From Podarcis muralis (Eukaryota), in assembly GCF_964188315.1 (NCBI RefSeq), contig NC_135656.1:70990001-71054000 (forward strand): DNA of 64,000 bases. The letters run 5' to 3'. Made by a program: the position numbers and the translations under genes. The notes below the pieces were generated by a model that saw only the letters and a list, made by a program, of their open reading frames with translations, was not told the origin of the DNA and did not search any database. Below are positions 39,952 to 51,279 of this stretch, piece after piece (position 1 is the first letter of the stretch; every line of letters starts with the position of its first letter).

Positions 39952-41286
39952 CTGGGGGAGGGGGGGAGAACGGAAGTGGGGAGATGACTTGAGAGACAGT
40001 GGAATATTGCTACCCCATTAATTAGCAGGTTAGGCCCCTAAAACAATGATGGCAATATGTGACATTTTCATCAATGCAGTCAGTGGGGTCCTGAGGGCCA
40101 GGTAGAGAGGGCTGGGGAGGGGAGGCAAAGGTTCTGCCCCCTCAGGCTTTAAGTCATAAAAGCAATTTATCTTGAGTTTAAAAGATTGGGGTTTTCATTT
40201 TTTCAGACCAACTCAGCTTGAGAACTTGTTGCCATTTATTTAATTTGATTTTGAGATTGCCAAGCTCTAATTGGATGATCATGTTATATATACATTTTGA
40301 ACAAAGTCCCCCCCCCCCACTTCCCATGGTCACAAATTTTAGGTCATCCTCTCATTATATATTAGTTTCATGTAGTTCAACAGCACAGCTCTCCAAAGTC
40401 TTGCTATAACAATACTTTTGACTGCTTACACAGCTCTTCAGTCTTGACCATGACCATTGCCAAGTAAGCTTTGTGCCATCCCAGGATCATATGAAGCTGT
40501 TTTCCTTTCTTGGATCAACTGTTAAAATCTTTCTGGAGGACTAAGAGTCTGTCACAGGTCTTGCCAACCTTTTGGGGTCAGTGGGCGCATTTGGAAGTCG
40601 AGCGCCCATCACAAAATGGCTGCCGTGAGCCTGTGGGAAAACACAAAAGGGGGCCTCGTGAGGGTGCAGGAGAGGATGAGACAGTGCAAAGAGGAACAGG
40701 GTAGTAATAGCGAACAGTCTCACACATTGTGAATTTTTGAGGAAATATTTACTGAAACCTTTCATGGACGCCATAGGAGGCATTGGAGTGTGCACTGGCA
40801 CCAGCAGGCGCTTTTTTGGGTACCTCTGGCCTGTTGTTTGGAATGTACCTGTTCATAGCCTCAGGTGATCACGTTCGCGAAAATCCTGCTCAAATGCATC
40901 TCTCTCTCCCTATAGTCCAGCCTCAGGCTGTCAGGAATGAACCCTGGTCTACACAAACAGCTCACCATATGGGGAAACTTATCTTGGGCTTCACAGTTAA
41001 TGATTCCCAACAAATTAATGCCATTGTCACAGACATTTCCTTTCTTTCTGGCTTCAGTGTTTATTTCCTCCCCTTCTTACACCCACCTGCCAGCGGAGGA
41101 TAACAGTTTCTCAGATGAAGTCCATGAAAGTCTTATGCCATAGTAATTTTGCTAGTCTTTAGCACCAGCTAGCTTGTACCAGCCAGGAGAGGAGGGTGTG
41201 GGGATTGCCTTTTTTTCTTGGTAGATCTTTCTTTCTCTAAATCCCCCCCCCCAGCAGTTCTTGTGGGGGAGGGGGAGAGGGATTAG

Positions 41287-41340
41287 TTACGTCAACTCCA
41301 GGCTGGCATGATGGTGGGAGATCTTGATCCTGGGGCCATT
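41287..41340 (-). CDS. Candidate minus-strand exon (terminal, or internal using gac|gtaact at 41290)
   Basis: Very strong acceptor tttgtcttcttcgtttctcag|; NGPRIKISHHHASLELT*. Confidence 0.35.
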   Translation of the reverse strand, partial: NGPRIKISHHHASLELT

Positions 41341-41652
41341 CTGAGAAACGAAGAAGACAAAGATCTGGGCAATCCAGGACCACATCTGTGACCACCCTCA
41401 GAAAACTTCATTTTGTGGCCTAAAGAACCACCCATGATAGAGCTGTTTCCATTGAGCTGTCCTTAAGGAGGCACCTTGTGCTCCTCCATGAAGCTCCCCT
41501 CAGCCAGTGGATCTGGGGGATAGGATTCTGCTGTCTCATCCCTCAACCTTAGCTCACCCATTTTTAAATACACAAATAAATTGGGTGGCCTACAGTACAG
41601 GGTAATGATTCCTGAGCTCATCATGTGAAGTGCTTTAAGCAGGGAACATTAC

Positions 41653-41759
41653 TCTATAAAATATTATGGCAGGAAATTGGTATGGAATACATTTGGCTTC
41701 TTCCAGTTCCCTGAAATCAAAAGGGAAGATTATGCTGCTGGTAACTCCTGCTTCTTCTT
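41653..41759 (-). CDS. Candidate minus-strand exon (107 nt)
   Basis: ctaat branch-like word, then ctctgtttcacag|; (E)EEAGVTSSIIFPFDFRELEEAKCIPYQFPAIIFYR; donor AGA|gtaatg. Confidence 0.35.
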
Positions 41760-42102
41760 CTGTGAAACAGAGGCTTTTATTAGCTTTGTAAGTGTCAAAA
41801 TGATGAGCAGTATAAGTGATAGTTTGCCTGTGAAAGTGTCTATGAAAGTACAAGTCATTCATGCTTACAAAATAAACAGCTGAGTTGACTGGAAGCAGCC
41901 ACTAGGAGGCATAAAAGCACTATGGTCATGTTATAAATCCCTATTTTATTTTATTCTATTCTATCTTTATTTTCATTTTCATTTAAACTGCTTAATACTT
42001 TGAGAATGTACAACTGCTATGTGAAGAATGCATGTGAAGAAAGCAATTTTAGGATAGCAAAATATTGTGGCACAAATCTTTCAATGACTAGGATAGAAGG
42101 GG

Positions 42103-42217
42103 TTTAGTCATGCTGGCCATATGAACTGGAAAGCTGTCTGTGGACAAACACTGGCTCCCTCAGCCTCAATGCCTGAAGTAAGACTGGACTTAACCGTCCA
42201 GGGTGTCCTTTACCTTT
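42103..42217 (+). mobile_element. Sauria SINE 3' fragment
   Basis: tttagtcatgctggccatatgaactggaaagctgtctgtggacaaac...ttaaccgtccagggtgtcctttaccttt. Confidence 0.8.
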
Positions 42218-42235
42218 ATTTTATTTTATTTTATT

Positions 42236-42267
<32 letters not shown>

Positions 42268-43036
42268 TCCTACCCAGTCTCACATACTAAAAATATGTGG
42301 TTTTATTTATCATTTAGTCTAAGCCCACAAGAGAAAAATATTTTCTAATAGGTAGCAACTACTTTTTCATTCAATATTTTTTTTTTGCCTTTTCTCAAGA
42401 TAATTAACTGCCACAAAGTTAATATTCATATTACTGCTTGTATGAAGAAAAATGAAAGTTTATTTTATCCTTACTAGACAAAATGTATATATTTTTAATC
42501 ATTTCAAGATAAGGCAGGATTGCCAAGACAAGAAGGTGGGCTGAGGGGCTGGTACTACTGTAAATCAAGTGCTGTCTGCCTGTGTGTGCATACCTTCATA
42601 ACCTGTGAATATAGGTAAATTTATGTTATGTAAATGCCCGGGCTACATGGTCCTTTATCAGGGATGCTGTAGTTTCCTGCAGGAGATTGGACTATTTGAG
42701 GCTCCTTCCAACACCATGAAATACATATATACACAGGTTCCATAAGTCTCCAGTGCTTTCTTCTACAACAGGAAACTCACCTTTGAAAAACCCATGCCCA
42801 AACTGGCCAGTGGTCAATGCTCAGGCAGGTGGGGAGCTGTAGTCTAGCAACATCTGGAGGGCCACAGGTCTCCTCACCCCACAACTAAGGGCTCCTTGGT
42901 TATGTGTGTATTGGAAAGCTGTGGCTGTCACAACCTGTAGTTAGTTGCTTTAGAAATAATGCAGTTGAAAGATGGGGTATAAATATTCAAAAACAAACAA
43001 ATCCAAAGCGCAGGAAAAGGAACCTTTGGTTCTCAC

Positions 43037-43104
43037 CTGAAAGGTGTTTCTTGAGGTGTTAAACATACAGCATGGGTTTTTTGGATGGTGCTGCTCTCTT
43101 GCGG
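43037..43104 (-). CDS. Candidate minus-strand exon (68 nt)
   Basis: gtgtttcctatcttcag|...CAG|gtgaga; frame (T)AREQHHPKNPCCMFNTSRNTFQ is open. A 101-nt intron separates it from 43206-43268. Confidence 0.42.
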
Positions 43105-43205
43105 CTGAAGATAGGAAACACAGACTGGTCTTTGTCCTTTACACATGCCTACCACCTCTGTTGAATGACAAGCTACAGGAATGGGCTAAATAACTTTGAA
43201 CTCAC

Positions 43206-43268
43206 TCATGGAGAATGGTGCTAATGCGAACAACATTGAACTGAATGAAGGAATAACACAATGGATCC
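43206..43268 (-). CDS. Candidate minus-strand exon (63 nt)
   Basis: tacatgttttcctgctcttcag|G...GA|gtgagt; two frames open. Confidence 0.42.
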
Positions 43269-44725
43269 CTGAAGAGCAGGAAAACATGTATAAAATAGAA
43301 GAGTCTTCCTCAACCAAGTGCCTTGTCCATATTTTGGACTACATCCTCCATCACCCTCTGCTAGCTATAGCTGGTAGGAGTCGGAAGACCAAAACACCAG
43401 GAGGGCACCATGTTGGGGGATGCAGAAATAGTGTGATGGAGGAAAGCACACACTGATTATGCACTCATGTGTATCATGCACTTCCAGCATTCATTGTCTG
43501 TGCCATTTCCTGGCAGTTATTAAGAAATCTAGAAATTGTAAACCTAAGGAATTGGAGGTAAGCAAGTTCCCTCCACCCAAAAAGCAGTGCAGATGGCTAA
43601 TTAAAAGTGCTTACATTTAAATTACAACACTTAACAGAATATGCTTGGATGATCGTTGAACTGAAAAAGTGCTTTCATACGGAATTGTTACACATACTAC
43701 TCAATAATAAGCTGGAGGTTTTATTTCAGACAGTTAAATACAGCTATGGTGTTTTATGCTCTGTATAAAATGAGCCAAGTGCTGGGCTGCTCTTGGAAGG
43801 TAATTTCAATGTTTAATAAAAGGAGACTGGTGGTGTAGATTTTTTAAAGGGTATGAGATCTTATCAGATTAGCAATTAACTTTATGGCACTTGGATTAAT
43901 GCAAGAAATCATCTCAGCTGAAATTTATAGACCTACGAAGTAAAATAAAATATGTGCAATGGGCATGATCCAGCCAGGTTTAAACATCTTTACGATTGTA
44001 ATATTAATTGAAAGAAATCAATGGGATTTCTAAGCAAATATGCTTAGTCCCAGATTGTGACATGCCACTGGTTTCTGCAGGGAAGTTAAATATGTGTATA
44101 GTCTTGACTCTTTCCCATTTAGACTTAGGGGGCCATGGATCAACTATTTTAAGGAGTCATCTAAGGCTGCCTGGTCCAGGCCCAAAGATGCAGAATCCTA
44201 AGAGTCCATCAACAGTCTGCATGGGTACAGCAGACTGAGAAAGCACATAGGTCACCTAATAACAATCTTCTACCGGCAGGAACGGCTGGAATGGCTCTGC
44301 TTCTGTGCTTGTGCTGCACTGACATCCCCATTATCTCACCCCGCCCAGTGAGCAACACTGACCCGTCTGCTAGGAAGCTAGCACCACCAGGTACGCTGCT
44401 TCTGCATCTATACACATTATTATATGCAAATCTGTGTTCTCCTTTTGTGTGTGTGATCCATTTCCTTTTTTTAAAAAATGTGGATGTAAAGACATTTCAC
44501 TATAGCTGTATTATACCTTTTCTTTGCGGGTCCGTGATTTTTTTAAAGTCCTATTATTTTGTACAAGACCACTGGTGGCAGGCCTGACAGGACAGCTTCC
44601 TTTTCCCTGGTGAATGCTGTTTTCTGTTTTTCATCCAGCCCACAGCAACAGTATGTCTCTCAATTCTGGATAGCAGTCTCTGAAGACAGCAGTACCCCTA
44701 AGCTGGCAGAGCCCTTCAGCCCTTA

Positions 44726-44861
44726 CATGCATGGCCAAACTTGGCCCTCTAGCTGTTTTGGGACTACAACTCCCATCATCCCTAGCTAACAGGACCAGTG
44801 GTCAGGGATGATGGGAATTGTAGTCCCAAAACAGCTGGAGGGCCAAGTTGGGCCATGCCTG
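44726..44861. mobile_element. Palindromic MITE (hAT-like end CAGGCATGGCC)
   Basis: Near-perfect fold-back; almost identical copy at 51143-51279 and a partial copy at about 34290-34372. Confidence 0.8.
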
Positions 44862-46088
44862 CTTAGAAGGAAGGTGGCCAGATGCAAACAAATTCCAGAA
44901 TCATGCTTGATACTGTAGTTGTGTGCATGAGGGGATGGCAAGCATAACTGCTGCTATTCTCTCTTCTGCACAACAAGTAAAGGTGCAAGAGCGCTATCCA
45001 CCTTTTCAGCTGGCCAACCAACTAATAACACTTAAACCTCTTAATATTCGTACTGCTAAATGTAGCTATACAAACAAACAAAAACCCCTGCTTCCTAATC
45101 TCGTATCTTGTCCAGGTTTTATTGGCAGATTTACCTGGAAAGTAGAACGTGTGATTTCTCCAAAATTGTGTAAGATAGAAACTAGATACATATAGTTCAT
45201 TTTTGGTGCTGGTTTTGCACTTCACTGTTTACTTCCTCTGATCACGGTTACACATTTCAAATTATTTTTTGGTGACTGACCTGTGATGGCAGATTCGCTC
45301 ACCCAAGTCATCAGTTGATACAGCAGTAAATGGATGATGGGCAGGCCTGTGCACAGAAGTCCTTTGTGTTTCAGGTTTGAGGTGATAAATCCCTGGTTGA
45401 GTTTTCATGCAATCACATTCAATGATTTCGTAATCAAGCTTTTGAGAGGCCCAAATTCTAACAAAGCACCCTTAAACTCATTCTCTTTGAAGGAGAAGCT
45501 TTTTATAAGGGGTTATGCAATGGAGACATTTCTGACAGTCTCTAAATTGTGTTTAATACAGGATTTTTACATAATGGATGGCAAAATTTGCATGCAGCAT
45601 CTGGAAAAAATTATACAAACAGGCTCTCAGCATTCTGTTACAAGGTTCCTCATCATGTGAGCCATTTGGCATCTCATTACACTGTTAGGCAATGCTTAGC
45701 TCTTCTGTTAGATAATTTGCCAGACACGCTGTACCAATCATGTCTATCACTCCTGGGTTGCCACACTTGTTTCTGACATGGCTCCTGTGTCTTTAGTAGC
45801 ACTATGGCAGCCAGGCAGACATCACTGTATACAGTCCTTCCTGTCAAGGGCAGCCCGCGACCTCCATAAACACTGCCCCAGCAAAATCTACCACAGCAAA
45901 ACAATGTAGGAAGCAGCAGTTATGAATTACCAAATTCTGCAGCCCCCTGGAGGTGCACTCCATTGTCTCTTTACACAGATGGATGCCAACCACAAATATA
46001 TTTATTTAGGTAAAACAACAATTGGAACAAATAACCTTTTAGTAAAGAATGACAAATATTGCATCTATTCATAATATAATGTAATATA

Positions 46089-46091
<3 letters not shown>

Positions 46092-46153
<62 letters not shown>
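46092..46153. repeat. (TC)n(AC)n compound microsatellite
   Basis: Direct reading. Confidence 0.95.
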
Positions 46154-46154
<1 letters not shown>

Positions 46155-46155
46155 A

Positions 46156-46507
46156 CCGTATTTTTCCATGTATAAGATGCCCCCATGTATAAGACGCCAC
46201 CTATTTTGGGGGACTGAATTTAAAGAAAATGAGGGGAGAAGGCCCAAAGTTGTTGAGCTTTTTTTAGGGGGAATTACACTCACGCCATCACCCCAGCAGG
46301 GTTGGCAAAGTGGGCAGCCACTCCCTAGAGCCACTCCCTAGAGCACATGCCTACCACAGTGGCATGGGGGGGAACTGTGCATCCGCCAACCAATTGGTTG
46401 GCAGCGCGCAGCTTTCCTCCCATGCCACTATCCGTGTATAGGACAACCCCCTTTTTTGACATGATTTTTGAGTTAGAAAATCTCATCTAATACATGGAAA
46501 AATACAG
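46156..46507. mobile_element. Tc1/mariner-pogo type MITE
   Basis: TA|CCGTATTTTTCCATGTAT...ATACATGGAAAAATACAG|TA, next to a (TC)n(AC)n microsatellite. Confidence 0.85.
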
Positions 46508-47801
46508 TATTTTATTCTATTTTACTGTACTGCACTACACTTTTCGCTGTGAAGTGCTCTACAAATAAATAAAAGAAAATGAAACGTGATCACTGGTGGA
46601 CTCCCTTCAACGAGTATCCTAGCCAGCAGCCTTTTTGCTCTCTGATCTCACACTCTGCATAATTCCCAAACTGACCTTCTCAACAGACACTCTTTACCTA
46701 TCACTCACTCCAGTGTCACCCACCATTCCATCACCCTAATCTTCTGTCAACCATCCTTCCACTCATTCATCTGTTCAATGACCAATTGTTTCCACACTGA
46801 TGCTGGATTTGTTTCCAAGGTCCAGGGTCGGTTTAGAGCCAAGGGCCATACAGAATCATACTCTGGGAAATCAGGCCCAAGGTATTTGGAATATGTTGCT
46901 TGTTCCCCACCAGCCTTTTCTGGGTGGTGAATTCCTGGTGGAGTGGAGCTTGGTTTCTCTGGGTTGAGAGCACTGAAGACGGATGATTGTCACCTTTTAA
47001 ATATGCATGTTACAAATAAGCAAGTTGGGCAGATGTAGAAGCAAACAGTAACTAGTGCTATAAGGCAACCAGTACCCTATCAACCAGCTCTTCCATTGGC
47101 CCCCAAGCCCTGCATTTTTCCACTGAGTACCATCAGAGAATCCTGGGAACTGTAGTTTACCCCTCACTGAGCCACAATTGGCAGACTCCTTAACAAACTA
47201 CAATTCGGGGGGGGGGGGTTAAATGTATGGCGTGCACACAGCCCTAGGATAAATATGAAGGGCAGTATATAGTATATACTGTTTGGAAAATAAACAAGAT
47301 GAAAAGAAGCTGCCTTATAGCAGGTTCCCAGAGAAGGGCCCTGCACTCCCAAGGTAAGATTTTGGCTTACCCAATACTTTCTCTCTCCTCTTGCCCCTGC
47401 CCCACCAAACTGGAAAACTGCTGTCTGTCTCTATGATGATGGGATTCCAGTAATCTCCTAGCAATTATTTCCCATTGGCAATATGTCAATCTGCCCATGT
47501 TGAGCTACGAATGAGCAATTTATGTAACCAAACTACTGGACAGCCAGCAATCATAACAAAATTTTAAAACGCTTTGGTAAGGTTCATCAACTGGAAATGT
47601 CAACGTGATGTGCAGTTAAAAGGCAGTTAAGGAATAGCCATGCACACACATATTTCTGCGCAAGCAAACAGCAAAACCTTTTGACTGCTTGCACAGTTTT
47701 CAGCTTTATACCTTATACTTTTATATGTAAACCACTTTGTGGTTTTATACATTCAAGCAGTATATAATTTTTATGAAATAAAATCTAATAAATAAATCAA
47801 C

Positions 47802-47815
47802 CCGGCAGGGGGCAG
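47802..47815 (+). promoter_or_regulatory. CTCF core motif match (SEMA3B-BSN intergenic)
   Basis: CCGGCAGGGGGCAG fits CCRSYAGRKGGCRS at all positions. Confidence 0.4.
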
Positions 47816-50670
47816 GTTGTCTGCAGCACAGTGACTGAGATGAGGAGTCTATAGGGCTGACAAAATCTCATAGGCACTTACCTCAGAATAAATCTCATTG
47901 AACTCAGTGGGACTCACTTCTGAGTATAAATGTATAGACCTGCCCTCATATCCTGTGAACTTCCCAGAGGCAAACAGGATGCTCGATTAGATAGGCCTTG
48001 GACTGGATCCAGCAGGGCTCTTGCATTTAGAGAGAAAGACAAAATGATGGGGGGGGGTGTATTAATACACTCAGGCACACTTACCTGGGAGTAAGTCCCA
48101 CTGAACTAAATGGGGCTTCTTTCTGCAGAGACATGTTCAGGACTTCATAAGCTGTTTCCCATAGAACAAATTAGATTTGGAAAGCAGGCTGGCATGTCTT
48201 TGTGCAGGGCTGGTCCGCCCGTGAGGCAAAGTAAGGCTGTGGCCTCAGGTGGCAGACCCAGACCCAAGAAGTGCTCTGCTCTGTGCCTCTTGCTCTGTGC
48301 CTAGGCCACTGTGATGCACCCAGTGTGCAAGGGGCCAGGTAGCGCCTGCATCTGTGGCGAGGGGGACGCTGGGCGCTTTGCCTCAAGTGGCAAAACATCC
48401 TGGGCCAGCCCTGTCTATCAAACATGGGCATTTGCATACATATTTAAAGCTCTGACTCCTATCAGAGGTGGGGCGGAATCCCATATGCTTGACTGGCGCA
48501 GTCCCACCCACACATTGGAGGGACCGTGGTCCAGACCAACTGCTTGGCAAACGGAGACTTTGCTCCCCATTTGCCCATGTGTTAAGCCCCGGAAGCGTGA
48601 GCAGATGCTCAGTCCCGTTCCCGTCCCTCCCCCCCCCCCCCCCCGGCCTTGCCAGCTCTCTACTTTTTCATTATGCTAATTATTCTTTTAAAATCATAAA
48701 TAAATAATTAGGTCCCTGATCAAAGGGTAGATTTCTTGCTGCGCAGTAGAGATGTTAATGAGGCAGTTGAACTCACATGGCAGGAAGGCAACAGGTTTGT
48801 TCTTTAATTACAGGCAAGAGCTTTGGGGCTCCTTGGGCCGTTCTCTCGGCTCTCATTAGGCACCTCGCCCCCCTTGTAAAGCAGTGCAGTGTGTGTGTCT
48901 GCACAACACATCTACAGGAGTGGTTTTTTGTGTTTTCATGTTCATTCATTTTCTTTGCACTTTCGCTTTGCTTCTCTACACGAATGAAAGCTGAGGTGGG
49001 TTTGGGACCACAGGATGCATCTTACACGAAGAGGTGTAACTTCTAAAGTACTCTGAAATGACCAGTTCTTGAGCCACCTTTCTGACCATATGAGGAAAGC
49101 AGAATCCTGGCTGTACTTCCTTAAGGATCTGCATCAGCCTTGTGTTCCCAACCAAGACATTACCTTACTCTGAATAGTTGCAGGAGTATTTGTAGTAAGC
49201 ATGGAGTTCTAATTTACCTGACCAGGGAGACCAGCAATCTTGCCAAATTTCCTAGCATGATCCATCTTTTTTAGGAATGGTGGGAGGAGCACAGAGGAGC
49301 ATGCTGGAAATGTCCTGACAAGTTCATATCTCTCCAGCGATGAGGACTAGAACTTTACAAGAAATCAGACCTGGGGTTTTCAGGATTGTAGCAACAGTTT
49401 TGCAAATCATAACAACAGCCTAAGAGGCGGCAAGTAAGTTGTCCACAGGTCTTAAGTGCCTGCTCTTGCTGATTTGCTCACTGAGTGCCAATCATTGGGA
49501 GGAAATATCATTAGGCATTAATCTATTTATTTTTACTTTGTTATAAAGCATCAGTGACTAAAAGTCTCTGGACAGAGATTCACGATTTAGAGATATGCCT
49601 CTGCTGAAATGGTATGTCCTTTCCTTTCATGCATCTGCATTCAAATTGCTTTGATTTCCCAGAGCACAAAAAACAGTTAGCCTCAGATTTATAGAAGGAA
49701 TCTTTGCTCTGATCATTAGCAAAAATTACTTCTGTCACGAGCAAATCCAAATGGACAAGTGGCTTTAATAATTTTCTTCCCACTTGCAAAATAACACTAA
49801 TATTAATAAGTGACTTACACTCAGAAGGGACAAGTCAGCCTGAACATTTTAAATTGCACAGTTTAATCATTTGAGCAAGACCGGTGAAGAAAGATTTATT
49901 AATTCATTGAAAATTTAAGAAGTATATTTTTCTTGGAGCAGTTTTACTCATCATTCTGAGAAGCAACAAAGAGGGTGAAAATCTAGTCACAGGAGAGGAC
50001 AGGATATTTCAGGAAATGGATTAATGGCATTGGTACTATGAAAAGAAGAATCGTATGCATTTTCAACCCTGCTGGGGACTGTGATAAAATAATCTGGTCT
50101 GATTCGGTGCATAATTTAGGCCCGGGGATCTCTGTTTCACTGAGAGAGCAATTGCATGAAACTTCTCTCCTGCTAGGTAGCCACTGTGATATAGCAGAAT
50201 GCTGGACTTTTTGACAAATGGATTAATGCACCATCCATCCCTATCAGGTAGTACAGGCTGTGACACCCTTTGTTCCCTATTCCAAGGCAGTGCATTTTTA
50301 GTCCTTTGCCTGAATACACAGACAGTTCAGGTTTCCAGCTTACACTTCTGGAGAAAGACATGCCTTTTTACAGGGCTTCCAAGTTTAAACCCCATAACCA
50401 ACCTGGAGGTGAAGATTTTAAACAGTTTTTAACTTACAAAATGTATGGTGTTTTAAAAAGTAATGGAAGAGGGAAACTTTGGAACTCACTTTACAGGAGA
50501 CACTGCACAGCCTATATTTCCATACTTTGCTTTGCTGCATATTCTGTGATTTAAATCTCTGCTAGGGTTCTCTCATCAAAGAGGACTTGCCCCAAACCTG
50601 GATCTTGGCATCTAGGAAACTCTCCTTTTTTATACCTATATTTTTGCTTGCCGACCAACAAAAGCTGGGG

Positions 50671-50672
<2 letters not shown>

Positions 50673-50709
<37 letters not shown>
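50673..50709. repeat. (AAT)n microsatellite
   Basis: Direct reading. Confidence 0.95.
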
Positions 50710-50710
<1 letters not shown>

Positions 50711-51142
50711 TTAGTATGCTTACTAACAAGGACCTAGGCAGATGTCTACCAACAAGGACCTAGGCTGATAAAATCAACCAGGCTCAGCTCCAGGGTTTCA
50801 ATTATGTGCATTTATTTAACGATCAAAAGAGATTAAGAAATGTTGGAACTGCTTTCTAAAAGAAAAAAAAAAAAAAACAGAATTAACAAGCTAACCTTTC
50901 CTTATCAGGGAACCTAAAAATAGAATAACTTACGTTTCAACACCACATACAGGCAGGCCGATGGGAGCCGGGCTCTTAATGATAACATATTTTGGCCTTG
51001 ACTCTCAGCCCATCACATGAGAACTGTTACCATTAAGAGCCTGGCTCCAGCTATTTCTATAGAGGGTGAGAACTCCCCAAGAGAAAGGGGAAATTCAGAT
51101 GCTCGTCAAATAGCTTGAAGGTGGGTTCTGTGTGTTCCTTTC

Positions 51143-51279
51143 CAGGCATGGCCAAACTTGGCCCTCCAAGCTGTTTTGGGATGACAACTCCCATCATCCC
51201 TAGCTAACAGGACCAGTGGTCAGGGAGGATGGGAATTGTAGTCCCCAAACAGCTGGAGGGCCAAGTTTGGCCATGCCTG
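51143..51279. mobile_element. Palindromic MITE, same family as 44726-44861
   Basis: caggcatggccaaacttggccctcc...ggagggccaagtttggccatgcctg. Confidence 0.82.

Noticed and set aside
40783-41103. 106-aa plus-strand ORF with a largely open antisense frame
   Set aside because: No recognisable domain and no splice context. The antisense frame has several stops, so I could not fit it into either exon chain without assuming pseudogenisation.
43488-44390. Two plus-strand exon-like segments (43488-43557, ending GAG|gtaagc; 44280-44390, ending CAG|gtacgc)
   Set aside because: Their open frames are phase-incompatible with each other, no further chain was found, and neither resembles LSMEM2. They also show that isolated pseudo-exons arise by chance here, which tempers confidence in the minus-strand chains.
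44340-44415. Minus-strand peptide ASFLADGSVLLTGR resembling a beta-propeller repeat
   Set aside because: Weak acceptor, single short match, no neighbouring repeats.
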